Source: Gemmata obscuriglobus (lineage in GTDB: Bacteria > Planctomycetota > Planctomycetia > Gemmatales > Gemmataceae). Taken from it: 32,000 bases of DNA. A model generated the notes under the pieces. The model ran no database searches and was not told the origin of the DNA. It saw only the letters and a program-made list of their open reading frames with translations. This document shows, in pieces, positions 16,637 through 26,038 of this stretch; the first letter of the stretch is position 1, and each line of letters starts with the position of its first letter. Position numbers and translations under genes: made by a program. The stretch spans positions 5,070,001 to 5,102,000 of the forward strand of contig NZ_CP042911.1 in NCBI RefSeq assembly GCF_008065095.1. The letters are read 5' to 3'.

Positions 16637-19600
16637 ATGCCGACGATCAACAAGCGATTCCTCCTCAAAATGCTGCTGGCGCTGTTCGCATTCAGCGGCG
16701 CGCTGGTGGCGGCCCATGCGGTGCAGGCCAGCCGCATCCCGGCAGCACTCAAGAGGCAATCTGACCGTGCCGCCGAGGCCGGTAAAACCGATGTCGCGAT
16801 CCATTACCTGCGTCAGTACCTGGAGTTCAACCCCCAAGAGATTGAATCCCAGATCAAACTCGCCGAGCTGCTCGCCCAGCGCCCCCCCACGCAGCGCGGG
16901 CTGACCGACCTGCTGTTCCTTTACGACAAGATCCTCCGGCTGGACCAGGCGCGCTTCGACCCTCGTCGCCATGACATTCGCCGACAAGCGTTCGAGACCG
17001 CTTTGCGGGCCGGGAAGTTCACCGACGCCGTGACGCACGGACAGGCTCTGCTCCAGGACTTCCCGACCGACGCGGCCCTGTGGGACCGGCTCGCCGCGGC
17101 ACAAACGGGGCTGAGCCAGCACGCGGCTGCGCGGAAGTCTTACGAAGAGGCGGTGCGGTGCGCCCCGGACGAGATCGCCCACTACCAGCACCTCGCCCAG
17201 CTCGTGTACAAGAACTTGGACGACAAAACCGGCGCCCGCGCCGTATTGGACCGGATGGTGTTGGCGCTGCCCCAGAACCCGAACGCGTTCCTGACCCGCG
17301 CACGGTTCGAAACGTTGCTCGCCGACGAGGAGGCGGCCGCGCGGCAGTTCGCACGCCCCATCGCGGACCTGCACCGCGTGTTCGAACTCGATCCCGAACA
17401 CGCCGAGGCCGCCCTACTGCTCGCGGAGTTGATGCAGCGGAACCGAAACATCGCCGCGGCGCACGCGCTGCTCCGCGACGCGGTCGCACTGTACCCGAAG
17501 GACCTGAAGCTCGTCCGCGGCCTGTCGTGGCTCGAACTGATCCGCGGGAACGTGGCCGCGTCGATCACCGTTCTCGAGGACGGGCTCAAGGCCACCCCGG
17601 ACGGGTTCGACCTGATGGTGCCGCTCGCGGACCTGCTGATCCAGCAAAACGACACCGTTCGCACCGCCGAGATCCTCAAGCGCCTGGAAGCGCGTAAGGC
17701 CCCGCCCACGCAGGTCAAGTACCTCCGGGCGCGGATGGTGATGCGCGAAGAGAAATGGGAGCAGGCGGTCAACCTGATCGATGCCCTCCGGCGCGACCCC
17801 GATGTGGTGAAGCTGACCGGGCTGCAACAGCAACTGAACCTCCTGACGGCCGCCTGCTCCAGCAAGCTGGGCGACCAGTCGGCCGAGGAGAAAGCGTACC
17901 AGCGGGTCACGACCGGCGACCCGAAGAACGTGACCGCGCACGTCGGTTTGGGGAACCTGTACCTGAACCAGGGCCGGTTCGACGACGCCGCTCGCGAATT
18001 CGAGGCCGCGTTACAGTCGCCGTACGCGACGGGAACAGTCGTTTCCCAGTGGGTCAAGTTGAAGGCCCGCCTGCTCCAGACCGACCCGCAGGCGAACTGG
18101 GCGCGGCTCGAAGCCGCGATCGGGGCGGCGGTCCCGCGGTTCGGCCGTGGGTCGGTGGAACCGCTCCTCCTCCGCGGGGAGGTGCTCGCCGCGCAGGGCA
18201 AGCTCTCTGAAGCGGTGAAGTTACTCCGCCAAGAGACCGCCCGCCGGCCGGCCGACGGTCACCTGTGGGCGGCGCTCGCCCTGACAACCGCTGATTTCAG
18301 CGGGTGCGCGGCGGGGCTGGTCGTGCTCGATGAGGCCCAAGCGTCCGCGGGCGACTGCGCCGACGTGCGGCTCGCGCGAGCGACCCTCTACAGCCGCGAG
18401 CCCGGGCGGGTCCGGCCCATTGAGGCGCTCTCCGAACACACCGAGAGCTGGCCCGAGAATGAGCAACTCCGGCTTCTGTCGGGATTGGTGGAGGTCTACG
18501 ACCGGCTCGGCGACGCCGAGCGCGTGGTCCAACTGCTCCGCCGGATCGTCGCGCGGCAGCCGTCGAACGTCGGCGTGTGGCTCAAGCTGCACGAGCGCGC
18601 CGGCGCCGGCGCGGCCGCAGGCGCGGCCCGTGCAGCAATCGCGAAACTGGAAACCGAGTCCGGCCCGTCGGTGGCCCTTTGCGACGCCCGGACCGCCACA
18701 GTGGAGAGCGCCGCAGCCGTGCTCCCGCGCGTGCTGCACGCGTTCGGAGCGGCCCCGACCCGGGCCGACGTTTGCCTCGCTCTCGCCCGCCTCAAGGCCC
18801 TCACCGGCGACGCGACAGCCGCAGCCGAACTCACCGAGCGCGCGTTCAAACTGGAGCCCACTCGTTACGAGTGCGCCGAAGCACTGGTGGCGCAGCACGC
18901 GAAGGCCGGAGCTGCGGACCGGACGGCGCAACTACTCGGGCGACTGGCGAACGACCCGCGGTGGGCCGGCGAGCCGTTCCGCCGCATGGTCGGCCACGTC
19001 CTCCCCATCCTGCCGACGCCGGTCGCGGCGAATTTGCTGGCCCAGTGCCGCAAACTGGTAGAGCGCGACCCGAACGGGCTCCCATGGATGGCCGAGTGTG
19101 GTGTAGCGCTGCGGCTGCCGGAAGCCGCGAACCTGGTCGACGAGGCGACGCGGCGCCCCGGGGCCACCTCCGACGATTGGCTCCGCAAGGCCCTGTTCGC
19201 GTCCCGCGACAACCCGGCCGCCGGGCCGGAAGTGCTGGCCGCCGCCCGCGCGGCGCTGCCGGTCGCGACGTACTTCCAGCTCGTCGCCGTGTACTGCGAC
19301 ACGGCCGCCGGCAGCACCTTCACCCCTGATGCTGCGGGCCCTGCGGAACGGCGGGCGCTGGCCCAGGCGCGGCTGTCGGTGAAACTGTCGCGGTCACAGG
19401 CGGCCGAAGGCGGAAAGGTGCTGGAGGCGTACCTCGCGGGCAAGGACGTGCCGGCCGCGGACGCGGACTGGGCGCGGCGCAACCTCGCCATGATCTACGC
19501 TGTCGGCGGGACCCCCGAGGACCGCGTGCGAGCAATGAACCTGATCCGCACGGTCGTCTCGACCGAGTCACTGAGCCCCGAGGAGTTGCGCGCCACCGCC

Positions 19601-20860
19601 AGCGTGCTGACCACCCTCGGCCGGTACCTCGAAGGGCCGGACCGCCGCGCCGTGCTCAACGGCGCGATCACGTCGCTAGCCGCGGCACACAAGGCCACCA
19701 ACGCGCCGAGCTACCTGTTCGCGATGTCGCAACTGTACCGCGCCCTCGGCGAGCGTCGCAAGAGCCGCGAGTGCCTGCAGATCCTGCTCAACGACGAAAA
19801 GGATCCGTCCTACGCGTTCTACCTGCGGGCCGCGCTCGACGAACTGGTCGAGGACAACTACTTCGAAGCCGCGGCCACATTCGCGGGCCGGCTAACGGCA
19901 AAGGCCGGTGGCGATTTCAACGCACTCGCGAGCGTGGCGCGGTTCGAGTGCAAGGCCGGGCGCCCGGAGCGCGGGCTGGCGATCGCCGAGGACTACGCCC
20001 GCGTCGCGGACGGCGGGTCCGGGGACTACCTGGTGCGCTCCGCCCGGGTCGCAGAGCTGCTGGACGAGTTGAGCCGGCTGCCCAACGTACGCGGCACCCC
20101 GGTGGCCCGGCGCATGACCGACGCCGCGGTCGAGCGGTATACCGCGATCGTGCCGAACCGGCCCGAGGCCATCGTCGGCGCCGCGGGGGTGTTGGCCGCC
20201 GACGGCCGGACCGCGGACGCGTTCGACCGCATCGAGCGGCTCAACCGGTACATCCCGGCCCGGCTGCGTGCCAGCGCCGGCTTGGCCATCGTCCGCGGCC
20301 GCGGCGAGATCACCGAGCGACAGGCGGAACTCGCCCGCAAGTGGCTTGACGACTGCCTTACGGAAGAACCTGACTCGATCCCCCTGCTGCTCAACCGGGC
20401 GGAGTTCCTGGCGCTGCGCCGCGACACCGCTGGTGCAACGAAGGGGTTCAAGGAGGTAATCAAGAAGGAGCCGAAGAACGTGATCGCGCTAAACAACCTC
20501 GCGTGGCTCCTCGCGGCCGACCCCACGACCGCCGACGAGGCTCTGAGGCTGGTCGCACAAGCGACCCGCGAGGGCGGGCTAACGGGCGAACTGCTTGACA
20601 CCCGTGCCCGCGTTCAGATCACCCTCAAACAGCACACGGCGGCACATCATGACCTGGCAGAAGCCATCAGCCACCAGCCGACCGCGCTACGTTGGTTCCA
20701 CGTCGCGGTGCTGCGGATGAGTCAGACCCCTCAGCAGCCCGAGGAAGCTCTAAAGGCGTTCGAGGAGGCCAAGCGGCGCGGGATCGAGCCTAAAGACGTC
20801 CACCCGGCCGACCTGTCAGTGTTCAAGGTGCTCGACGCTGCTAATGTTCAACGCCGCTAA
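16637..20860 (+). CDS. Membrane-anchored giant TPR-repeat protein (1407 aa)
   Basis: ATG at 16637 with an N-terminal hydrophobic anchor (LLKMLLALFAFSGALVAAHAV). The remainder consists of Ala/Leu-rich 34-aa TPR-like repeats, for example AHVGLGNLYLNQGRFDDAAREFEAAL and ALNNLAWLLAAD. Confidence 0.8.
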   Translation: MPTINKRFLLKMLLALFAFSGALVAAHAVQASRIPAALKRQSDRAAEAGKTDVAIHYLRQYLEFNPQEIESQIKLAELLAQRPPTQRGLTDLLFLYDKILRLDQARFDPRRHDIRRQAFETALRAGKFTDAVTHGQALLQDFPTDAALWDRLAAAQTGLSQHAAARKSYEEAVRCAPDEIAHYQHLAQLVYKNLDDKTGARAVLDRMVLALPQNPNAFLTRARFETLLADEEAAARQFARPIADLHRVFELDPEHAEAALLLAELMQRNRNIAAAHALLRDAVALYPKDLKLVRGLSWLELIRGNVAASITVLEDGLKATPDGFDLMVPLADLLIQQNDTVRTAEILKRLEARKAPPTQVKYLRARMVMREEKWEQAVNLIDALRRDPDVVKLTGLQQQLNLLTAACSSKLGDQSAEEKAYQRVTTGDPKNVTAHVGLGNLYLNQGRFDDAAREFEAALQSPYATGTVVSQWVKLKARLLQTDPQANWARLEAAIGAAVPRFGRGSVEPLLLRGEVLAAQGKLSEAVKLLRQETARRPADGHLWAALALTTADFSGCAAGLVVLDEAQASAGDCADVRLARATLYSREPGRVRPIEALSEHTESWPENEQLRLLSGLVEVYDRLGDAERVVQLLRRIVARQPSNVGVWLKLHERAGAGAAAGAARAAIAKLETESGPSVALCDARTATVESAAAVLPRVLHAFGAAPTRADVCLALARLKALTGDATAAAELTERAFKLEPTRYECAEALVAQHAKAGAADRTAQLLGRLANDPRWAGEPFRRMVGHVLPILPTPVAANLLAQCRKLVERDPNGLPWMAECGVALRLPEAANLVDEATRRPGATSDDWLRKALFASRDNPAAGPEVLAAARAALPVATYFQLVAVYCDTAAGSTFTPDAAGPAERRALAQARLSVKLSRSQAAEGGKVLEAYLAGKDVPAADADWARRNLAMIYAVGGTPEDRVRAMNLIRTVVSTESLSPEELRATASVLTTLGRYLEGPDRRAVLNGAITSLAAAHKATNAPSYLFAMSQLYRALGERRKSRECLQILLNDEKDPSYAFYLRAALDELVEDNYFEAAATFAGRLTAKAGGDFNALASVARFECKAGRPERGLAIAEDYARVADGGSGDYLVRSARVAELLDELSRLPNVRGTPVARRMTDAAVERYTAIVPNRPEAIVGAAGVLAADGRTADAFDRIERLNRYIPARLRASAGLAIVRGRGEITERQAELARKWLDDCLTEEPDSIPLLLNRAEFLALRRDTAGATKGFKEVIKKEPKNVIALNNLAWLLAADPTTADEALRLVAQATREGGLTGELLDTRARVQITLKQHTAAHHDLAEAISHQPTALRWFHVAVLRMSQTPQQPEEALKAFEEAKRRGIEPKDVHPADLSVFKVLDAANVQRR

Positions 20861-20880
20861 TGACAAGTAAATGCGAGTCG

Positions 20881-20921
20881 CCGCGGGTCCAGGGTACAAC
20901 CTGGACCCGCGGCCTTTTCGG
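20881..20921 (+). terminator. Rho-independent terminator of the TPR gene
   Basis: A perfect 13-bp stem, ccgcgggtccagg (20881-20893) pairing with cctggacccgcgg (20900-20912), has the loop gtacaa and is followed by ccttttcgg. Confidence 0.7.
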
Positions 20922-21013
20922 TGACGACGTTTCCCTTCGGTTGAGGTAACACTGTAGTGAGACGTGCGGCACGTGGAAATGAGGCCACGCTGCGGTTTGC
21001 GCCCGGGAAATCT

Positions 21014-22719
21014 CGGCCTGGTTCAAAAAAGCCCGCTTTAGGGTAACAGGTGCGTGGGGGGACGTGGCCGCGTGGACGGCTGAGACGGGCGTGTATGCGT
21101 ATTCAGTTGCGTTGGAACCGTTGGTATCCCAACAGTTCGACCCAGTGCGGATGAGCGCAGCCGGTCAGCAACTCCGTCGGGCTCTGGTTCACGCGTTCCG
21201 GGTGCTCGCTGCGTCCGAACCGTCGGTGGTTCAGGAAGAACCGCAGCAGATCCAGGTATGCACCGCCCAGGTGCCTCCGGAGGAAGAAGTACCCGCGTAA
21301 CCGACTGTTCAGGTTCTCGATTACCGAGCTCGCGCGAACCGTCCCCGCCGCCACCGGCGCCACCGCGTTCCGCAGGCTTCGGTAACGGGTCCCCAGGCGC
21401 CGGTGCAACTCGGCATCGCGTTGCCACGTCGCGGGACAGCGCTCGTCCGACATCGACACCGCTAGCACCTCACGCACCAACGCCGGCGGCACCTCGTACT
21501 CGTTCGCCACGGCCGCCAACTGCTCATCGAGGGCGCCGGCGAAGGCGAGCAGGTCGTCGCGCTGGTGGCGCAGGGCACGAACCGCCGGGCCGATCCGATG
21601 CGGGCAACGGGGCGCCCGCGCGTCCAACTCGGCGACCACGAAGTCGAACAGGTGACACCGGGTGGGATGGTCGGGACCGGCCACGGTGAAGATGTCGTCC
21701 CGGAGCCCGCCGAGGAGTACGGACACCTCGTCGGCCAGGGCGATGGCCCGATCTTGTTCCTGACGCACCAACGCGAGCCGCTTGGATTGGGTCTTGCCGC
21801 GACCGTGCCGCTTGGCCCGTGTCATGCGCCGCTGCTGCTGGTCGCACGCATCGACGGCGCCGTACGCCCGGTTGTCCAAGAACCGGATCAACTGGCCCAG
21901 ATCACGGAGCGCGTGAAAGATGTCGCCACGACACGGGGTGTCGGGCCAGGCCAAGGTCTGGCCGGCGCGCAGGCCACGACCGGCGTCGGCGATGGTCGCG
22001 TCGGGCCGAAGGCCGTGGTCTTGCAGCTCCAAGAGCCGGACACCCCAGGTGTCGGCGTCGCGGTGCTCTTCGAGACGGAGCAGGTAGCAGAACGTGGACC
22101 CCACATCGACGCCGACGAGGACCGGTTGCCCGTTCTGAAAGATCTCGTCGTGGGCACCGATACGGACCGGCGACAGGTCGCAGTTCGCGTTGTGGTGCCG
22201 TGCCCGTTCGACGGCGGAGTGGATGATGTTGTGGACGTGACCCAGGGACAGATCGTGGTCGAAGAAGTCGCGGAAGAGCTCGACGACCCCGCGGAGCGGA
22301 CAGTGACCGATGAGAACCAGACCGAGTGTGAACTGGCGGATCCAGTGCTTGGTGACGGGTAGGTGGAACAGAACCGCATCGTCGGTGGGTGGGTCGAAGG
22401 CGTTGGAGAGGGCGTGGCGCGCGAGATCTTGTTGCTGGTAGACGAATTTGCGACTGACGTGGGCGTCTTGCGCGAGCGCGGAGATCGGTTGGGTGCCGGC
22501 CAGAGCGTCCAGCGCCAGGCGCTGACGCTGCTCGGGTGTGAGCGCGTGGGCCGGTGACCGATTGGGCGCTTGGGGGTGGACCGCCGTCGCGGGTGGAGTT
22601 AAAACACACATGCCTGTTTCCTTGGAGATCCTGGAGGCGTCGTAACCACCAGTCTCGGGGAAACAGGCATTTTCGTGAACTACTCAGCCCCAACTGTTAC
22701 CCACTTCTGAACCAGGCCG
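21014..22719 (-). mobile_element. Insertion sequence (~1.7 kb) with imperfect terminal inverted repeats and a single DDE transposase gene
   Basis: The terminal 12-bp inverted repeat is cggcctggttca (21014-21025) against tgaaccaggccg (22708-22719). A subterminal 9-bp match is gggtaacag (21041-21049) against ctgttaccc (22694-22702). I could not see any target-site duplication. Confidence 0.65.
21103..22611 (-). CDS. DDE-type transposase (IS family not determined)
   Basis: ATG at 22611 with an N-terminal HTH-like segment (LTPEQRQRLALDALAGTQPISALAQDAHVSRKFVY). Candidate catalytic residues lie in GAHDEIF...PVLVGVDVGS, TIADAGRGL and ASSVIENLNSRLRGYF. The C-terminus HPHWVELLGY is of a kind I recall in transposases. 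Confidence 0.8.
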   Translation of the reverse strand: MCVLTPPATAVHPQAPNRSPAHALTPEQRQRLALDALAGTQPISALAQDAHVSRKFVYQQQDLARHALSNAFDPPTDDAVLFHLPVTKHWIRQFTLGLVLIGHCPLRGVVELFRDFFDHDLSLGHVHNIIHSAVERARHHNANCDLSPVRIGAHDEIFQNGQPVLVGVDVGSTFCYLLRLEEHRDADTWGVRLLELQDHGLRPDATIADAGRGLRAGQTLAWPDTPCRGDIFHALRDLGQLIRFLDNRAYGAVDACDQQQRRMTRAKRHGRGKTQSKRLALVRQEQDRAIALADEVSVLLGGLRDDIFTVAGPDHPTRCHLFDFVVAELDARAPRCPHRIGPAVRALRHQRDDLLAFAGALDEQLAAVANEYEVPPALVREVLAVSMSDERCPATWQRDAELHRRLGTRYRSLRNAVAPVAAGTVRASSVIENLNSRLRGYFFLRRHLGGAYLDLLRFFLNHRRFGRSEHPERVNQSPTELLTGCAHPHWVELLGYQRFQRN

Positions 22720-22993
22720 GTTCATGTATAAGACCAGTCCGAGGCCTGGTCGGGGACACGGCCGCGGCCGATGAGAACGCGTAACACGCAGCGTGCAGGA
22801 AATCGACGATCGGCTCGAAGGTCTCAAAGTACCCCAGATGCGTCGACCAATCATACGCGGTCCCGTCGGCCATGAACGCCCGCCGCCGGGCCTTATCGAA
22901 GTGAGGCTGCTGGGCTTCGGCGGCCATCATCGGACCGAACGGCGAACGCGCCTCAGGGCGCGCCACGCACGTCCTCACGACCCGCTGCGTGGA
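22697..22993 (-). pseudogene. Fragment of an older DDE transposase gene (ISKra4-like motif), interrupted by the IS at 22719
   Basis: The motif FMADGTAYDWSTHLGYFETFEPIVDFLHAACY resembles the DGA.WIW...ILDFYHA motif of ISKra4-like transposases. The frame is closed upstream by a stop at 22994-22996. Its last 7 codons (PAWFRSG*) are read from the right inverted repeat of the inserted IS. Confidence 0.35.
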
Positions 22994-23263
22994 CTACCGC
23001 GGGCGGGCAAGAGCGTCGTAGCTCGGGGCGCCGGGGGCGGCGATCCGCTTTACTTTTCTGGGGTCCCGTCCTCGCCCGCGTGTCCCTTCATCTCCTGCAC
23101 CAAGCGGGGCGCGCGACGCGGACATTGGAACGCCTCGGGGTGTTTGGGACACGCGTTGGCGGCAAACGAACCCTCCAACGTGGGCAGACCGGCGGCCTCG
23201 TCTTCCTTGTTCTGGGCCTCGTGAACACTCGGGCCGAGTCCGCGACGCGTGTACGGTCGCGTA

Positions 23264-24000
23264 AGTGAAGTTCCCAACGAATGGTGGACAGCAGGAAAAC
23301 GGCGTAAGTTCCAGTCACAGGAGGGAATGCCGATGGCCGGTCCTAAGCGGAAAACGTACACGGCCGAGTACACGTTGTCGGCGGTGAAAATGATCACCGA
23401 CCAGAAGTGGTCGGTCGCCGAGGTGGCTCGGCGTCTGGGCGTCACCGAGAACCGACTGCTCGAGTGGGACAGAGTGCACGCCCGGAAGGGAGCCGATGCG
23501 GCCCCGGGTCCGGAGAACAGACCCTACTCGAATAGGAGAATCAGCGGCTCCGGGCCGAGATCCAGAGGTCCGAAGCGGAGCGCGACATCCGAAAAAAGCA
23601 ACGGTGTTTTTCGCCAGCCAGCCGAACAGATCTTCGCGGGGATCGAGGAATGCAAGGGCCAGCTGGCCGTGTCGTGGATGTGTCGGGTCCTCGGAGTTCC
23701 CGCGCCGGCTACTACGCCTGGGGCACGCACGCCCCGTGCGACCGAGGTTCGGCGCGAGGAACGGGCCGCCGAAGTGAAGAGCATTCACGCCGAGTTGAAG
23801 GCCCGTTATGGGAGCCCACGGGCGCACGCTGAGCGGGTGGCCGAGGGCACGCGTGCCGCGTCAACTTCTTGGCCCGAGTGATGCGTGTCAGCGAGGGCCA
23901 GGCGCAGGTGACGAGTGGCGTGGCCCGGGGTTGTTCGGATACACGGGTTCGTGGGCCGCATGCAGGTGCTAGTCGTGGAGGCGTGGTAACCACCATTGAC
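23264..24000 (+). pseudogene. IS3-family element remnant: orfA plus a frameshifted start of orfB, with the DDE domain missing
   Basis: The ATG at 23333 (AGGAGGGA at 23319-23326) gives MAGPKRKTYTAEYTLSAVKMITDQKWSVAEVARRLGVTENRL, an IS3/IS911 orfA HTH. Recognisable IS3 pieces then lie in three frames: KKATVFFASQ (frame of ORF 23496), VSWMCRVLGV and YGSPRAHAE (frame of ORF 23249), RAGYYAW (frame of ORF 23650). No DDE core follows. A possible left inverted repeat starts near 23264 (tgaagttccc...). The right boundary is approximate. Confidence 0.65.
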
Positions 24001-24026
24001 CGGTAAACCCATGCGGTCCGCTACCC

Positions 24027-24560
24027 CTAAATCGCCCAACTTGGAACTACCGCATTCGGTACGTTCGTCGCGAACGGGTTCGGAGTGTGCTCAGTTGTCG
24101 CGTCGGGATCTGAGCTAGGTAATTCGACCAGTGCTTTTACTCCGCTCGAATCGGTCCCAATGAGCATACGCCGCTCGCCGGCGCGAACGAGGTGTACCGC
24201 GCACCGACCGACCGTCAGCGAAGCGACCACCACCATCGACGGAGTCGGAGCGTCGGGGCTCTTCTTGCCGAGGTAGCGCGTTGCGAGAACGCATCCGCCA
24301 CACACGACCGCCAAACTGAGTACCAAGCGTACCAGAGCTAACCCGATGTCTCTCGGGGTGTTCTGTGCCGGCGCCGGTGCAGCCGGTCGCGTGGGGGGGG
24401 CCTCGGCCTTCGTTGCCGCTTGTGGGGTTTGCGGCGCGGTCGGAACCGAAGGCACCGAAAACAAAGACGGGAGGCCGAAACCCAACAGGACGATAAGAAC
24501 CCCCGCACCGATCACGGTCGGGGGGATGCGAACGGGTTTGGTCGGTGTGGCGCCGGGCAT
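24027..24560 (-). CDS. FliO-like flagellar export-apparatus membrane protein (tentative)
   Basis: ATG at 24560. The protein has two hydrophobic segments and a Pro-rich linker. The pattern TM-RYLGKK...MVVVASLTVGRCAVHLVRAGERRMLIGTDSSGVKALVELP resembles the FliO pattern TM-RRLG...L.V..SLG.RE.LVLV.V....LLLGVT...I..L. The gene sits in a flagellar operon. Confidence 0.45.
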   Translation of the reverse strand: MPGATPTKPVRIPPTVIGAGVLIVLLGFGLPSLFSVPSVPTAPQTPQAATKAEAPPTRPAAPAPAQNTPRDIGLALVRLVLSLAVVCGGCVLATRYLGKKSPDAPTPSMVVVASLTVGRCAVHLVRAGERRMLIGTDSSGVKALVELPSSDPDATTEHTPNPFATNVPNAVVPSWAI

Positions 24561-24583
24561 CGTGCCCTCTCGTTAGGTGTGAA

Positions 24584-25378
24584 TCACGGGCCGCCCGCGG
24601 GCCGCACGTTGCTTGGGGTTCCAGCGGCTGTTCCGAAGGCCGGGGCGCTCGAGGCGGGTGCCGGGGCCGGCGCGATCGCAGTGTTCTGCGCCCGCAACAG
24701 CCGCATCTTATCCATCAACTGCGCGACGAGGGCGGGATCGTTCAGTGCTTCCATCAGCCGGGCCGCATTTCGCTCTTTCATGAGCATCATGATCTGTGCC
24801 ACCTGTTCGAGCTTGCCGGCTCCGGACTCGGCCATGCTCTTGATGTTGGGCGCCGCCCCCTCCGGGGTCATCGCGTCGTAGATCGCGGCTAGCTTGATGA
24901 GATTCTGGCGCTCGATCTTTAATGATTCTTCACGTTCCTTTTGGAGCTTCTGCTCGGTCGCGTCCGGCCCTTGCGTTTTCGGCTGCGTCTTGAGCGCGGC
25001 GGTCACCTGCTTGAGCAACTCGTCAGTGGTTTCCCGTTGCGCCTGCACGTCCGCCAGAACCATCGTGATCTGGAGCGCTTTGCGCTCCAGCCGGGCCTTG
25101 TCGTCGAGCAAGTTGGCCTCCGTGGGGCCGAGACTCGGAGAGACGATCGGCGTGCTGCCGGCTTTGTCTTTCGTCGGCTCTTTTGTCTCCTTCGTCGGCT
25201 CCTTCGCCCCCTCGCTTCCGGACGGAGGGGCTTTGCTAATCACCTTGCCATCGCCGGGCTGTTTCTCGGCCTTATCCGGCTCAGCCGGGTTCCTCGTTTG
25301 ATTCAGCCACAGCGACAGTGCGGCGGAGAGGGAAAACAGTAGAAGGGCGACGGCCCCGAGGAACAACAAATTCTTCAT
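24584..25378 (-). CDS. MotE/YlxF/FlbB-like flagellar protein (MgtE_N-like domain) with an N-terminal membrane anchor
   Basis: ATG at 25378, TM anchor LLFLGAVALLLFSLSAALSLWL, and a coiled-coil middle region. The C-terminus LAAIYDAMTPEGAAPNIKSM...QVAQIMMLMKERNAARLMEAL fits the MgtE_N/MotE pattern. Its position directly after fliJ matches ylxF in Bacillus fla/che operons. Confidence 0.6.
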   Translation of the reverse strand: MKNLLFLGAVALLLFSLSAALSLWLNQTRNPAEPDKAEKQPGDGKVISKAPPSGSEGAKEPTKETKEPTKDKAGSTPIVSPSLGPTEANLLDDKARLERKALQITMVLADVQAQRETTDELLKQVTAALKTQPKTQGPDATEQKLQKEREESLKIERQNLIKLAAIYDAMTPEGAAPNIKSMAESGAGKLEQVAQIMMLMKERNAARLMEALNDPALVAQLMDKMRLLRAQNTAIAPAPAPASSAPAFGTAAGTPSNVRPAGGP

Positions 25379-25552
25379 GGACGGCCTCTGCGCTGGAGTT
25401 TCAGTCGTTTAGGGTTCTCGGTTCCAGCACCCAAGTCGAGCGCGAACTCGCGCGAGGCCCGTCGGGACGGGTTCGGGCGCGAGTTCGCCTGGAGCTAGAA
25501 ACGCGAACGTGGAACAACCGGAATTGGTGCGACCGGGTCGCGGGCCGAACAG

Positions 25553-26038
25553 TTACGCAGCGTGTTCGGCCTCGTACAGCGCGACGGCCGGCGCGCCTTG
25601 GGCCGCCTGCCAGCGCTGTTGAACCATCTCGTCGAGCTGGTTCTGATTGTGCTTCTGAACTTCCTGTTGCCACTTATCAGCCTGCTGGCGGCGGAGCGTG
25701 GAGAGCGCTTCCACTTCGGTCGCGAGTTGGGTGCGTTCCTGGGCCGCAGCCAGTACCCGCTGCTCGGCCGTTAACACCTCGCGTTCCGAGGCCTGAATGG
25801 ACTGGCCGACCCGCTCCGCCATTCCGGACGCCGTCGCCCACTGCTGTGGCGCCATCACCCGGCCCACTGACGCGGATATTTTATCCGAAAGACTGTCGAG
25901 CTGGTCACGAAGGGATTGCAGATGTGCCCGCGCGCGCTCGGTCGCCTCCTGCGCGCGCTGCAGTTCGAGTTCGGCGATGCGCTCGAGTTGGCGCTTAACG
26001 CGGAGCAGCCGTTCCAGGGGGAACTCGAATCGTTTCAC
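25553..26038 (-). CDS. fliJ: Flagellar export chaperone FliJ
   Basis: GTG start at 26038 with GGAGGTG about 8 nt upstream. The 161-aa all-helical coiled-coil protein begins KRFEFPLERLLRVKRQLE, a typical FliJ N-terminus. It lies downstream of fliI. Confidence 0.7.
   Translation of the reverse strand: MKRFEFPLERLLRVKRQLERIAELELQRAQEATERARAHLQSLRDQLDSLSDKISASVGRVMAPQQWATASGMAERVGQSIQASEREVLTAEQRVLAAAQERTQLATEVEALSTLRRQQADKWQQEVQKHNQNQLDEMVQQRWQAAQGAPAVALYEAEHAA

Noticed and set aside
15734-17401. A 555-aa minus-strand ORF overlapping the second protease gene and the start of the TPR gene.
   Set aside because: It is antisense to two genes with clear family signatures. Its composition is Arg/Gly/Pro/Val-rich with no recognisable motifs, which is the typical high-GC antisense open frame. 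The same reasoning applies to 7251-8429(+), 9607-10737(+), 14320-15279(-), 21565-22362(+) and 26041-27543(+).
23050-23445. A 131-aa minus-strand ORF between the transposase fragment and the IS3 remnant.
   Set aside because: Its upstream two-thirds is antisense to the recognisable IS3 orfA. The remaining tail (VHEAQNKEDE...GHAGEDGTPEK) has no motif I can place. It may be debris of a disrupted gene but I cannot support a call.
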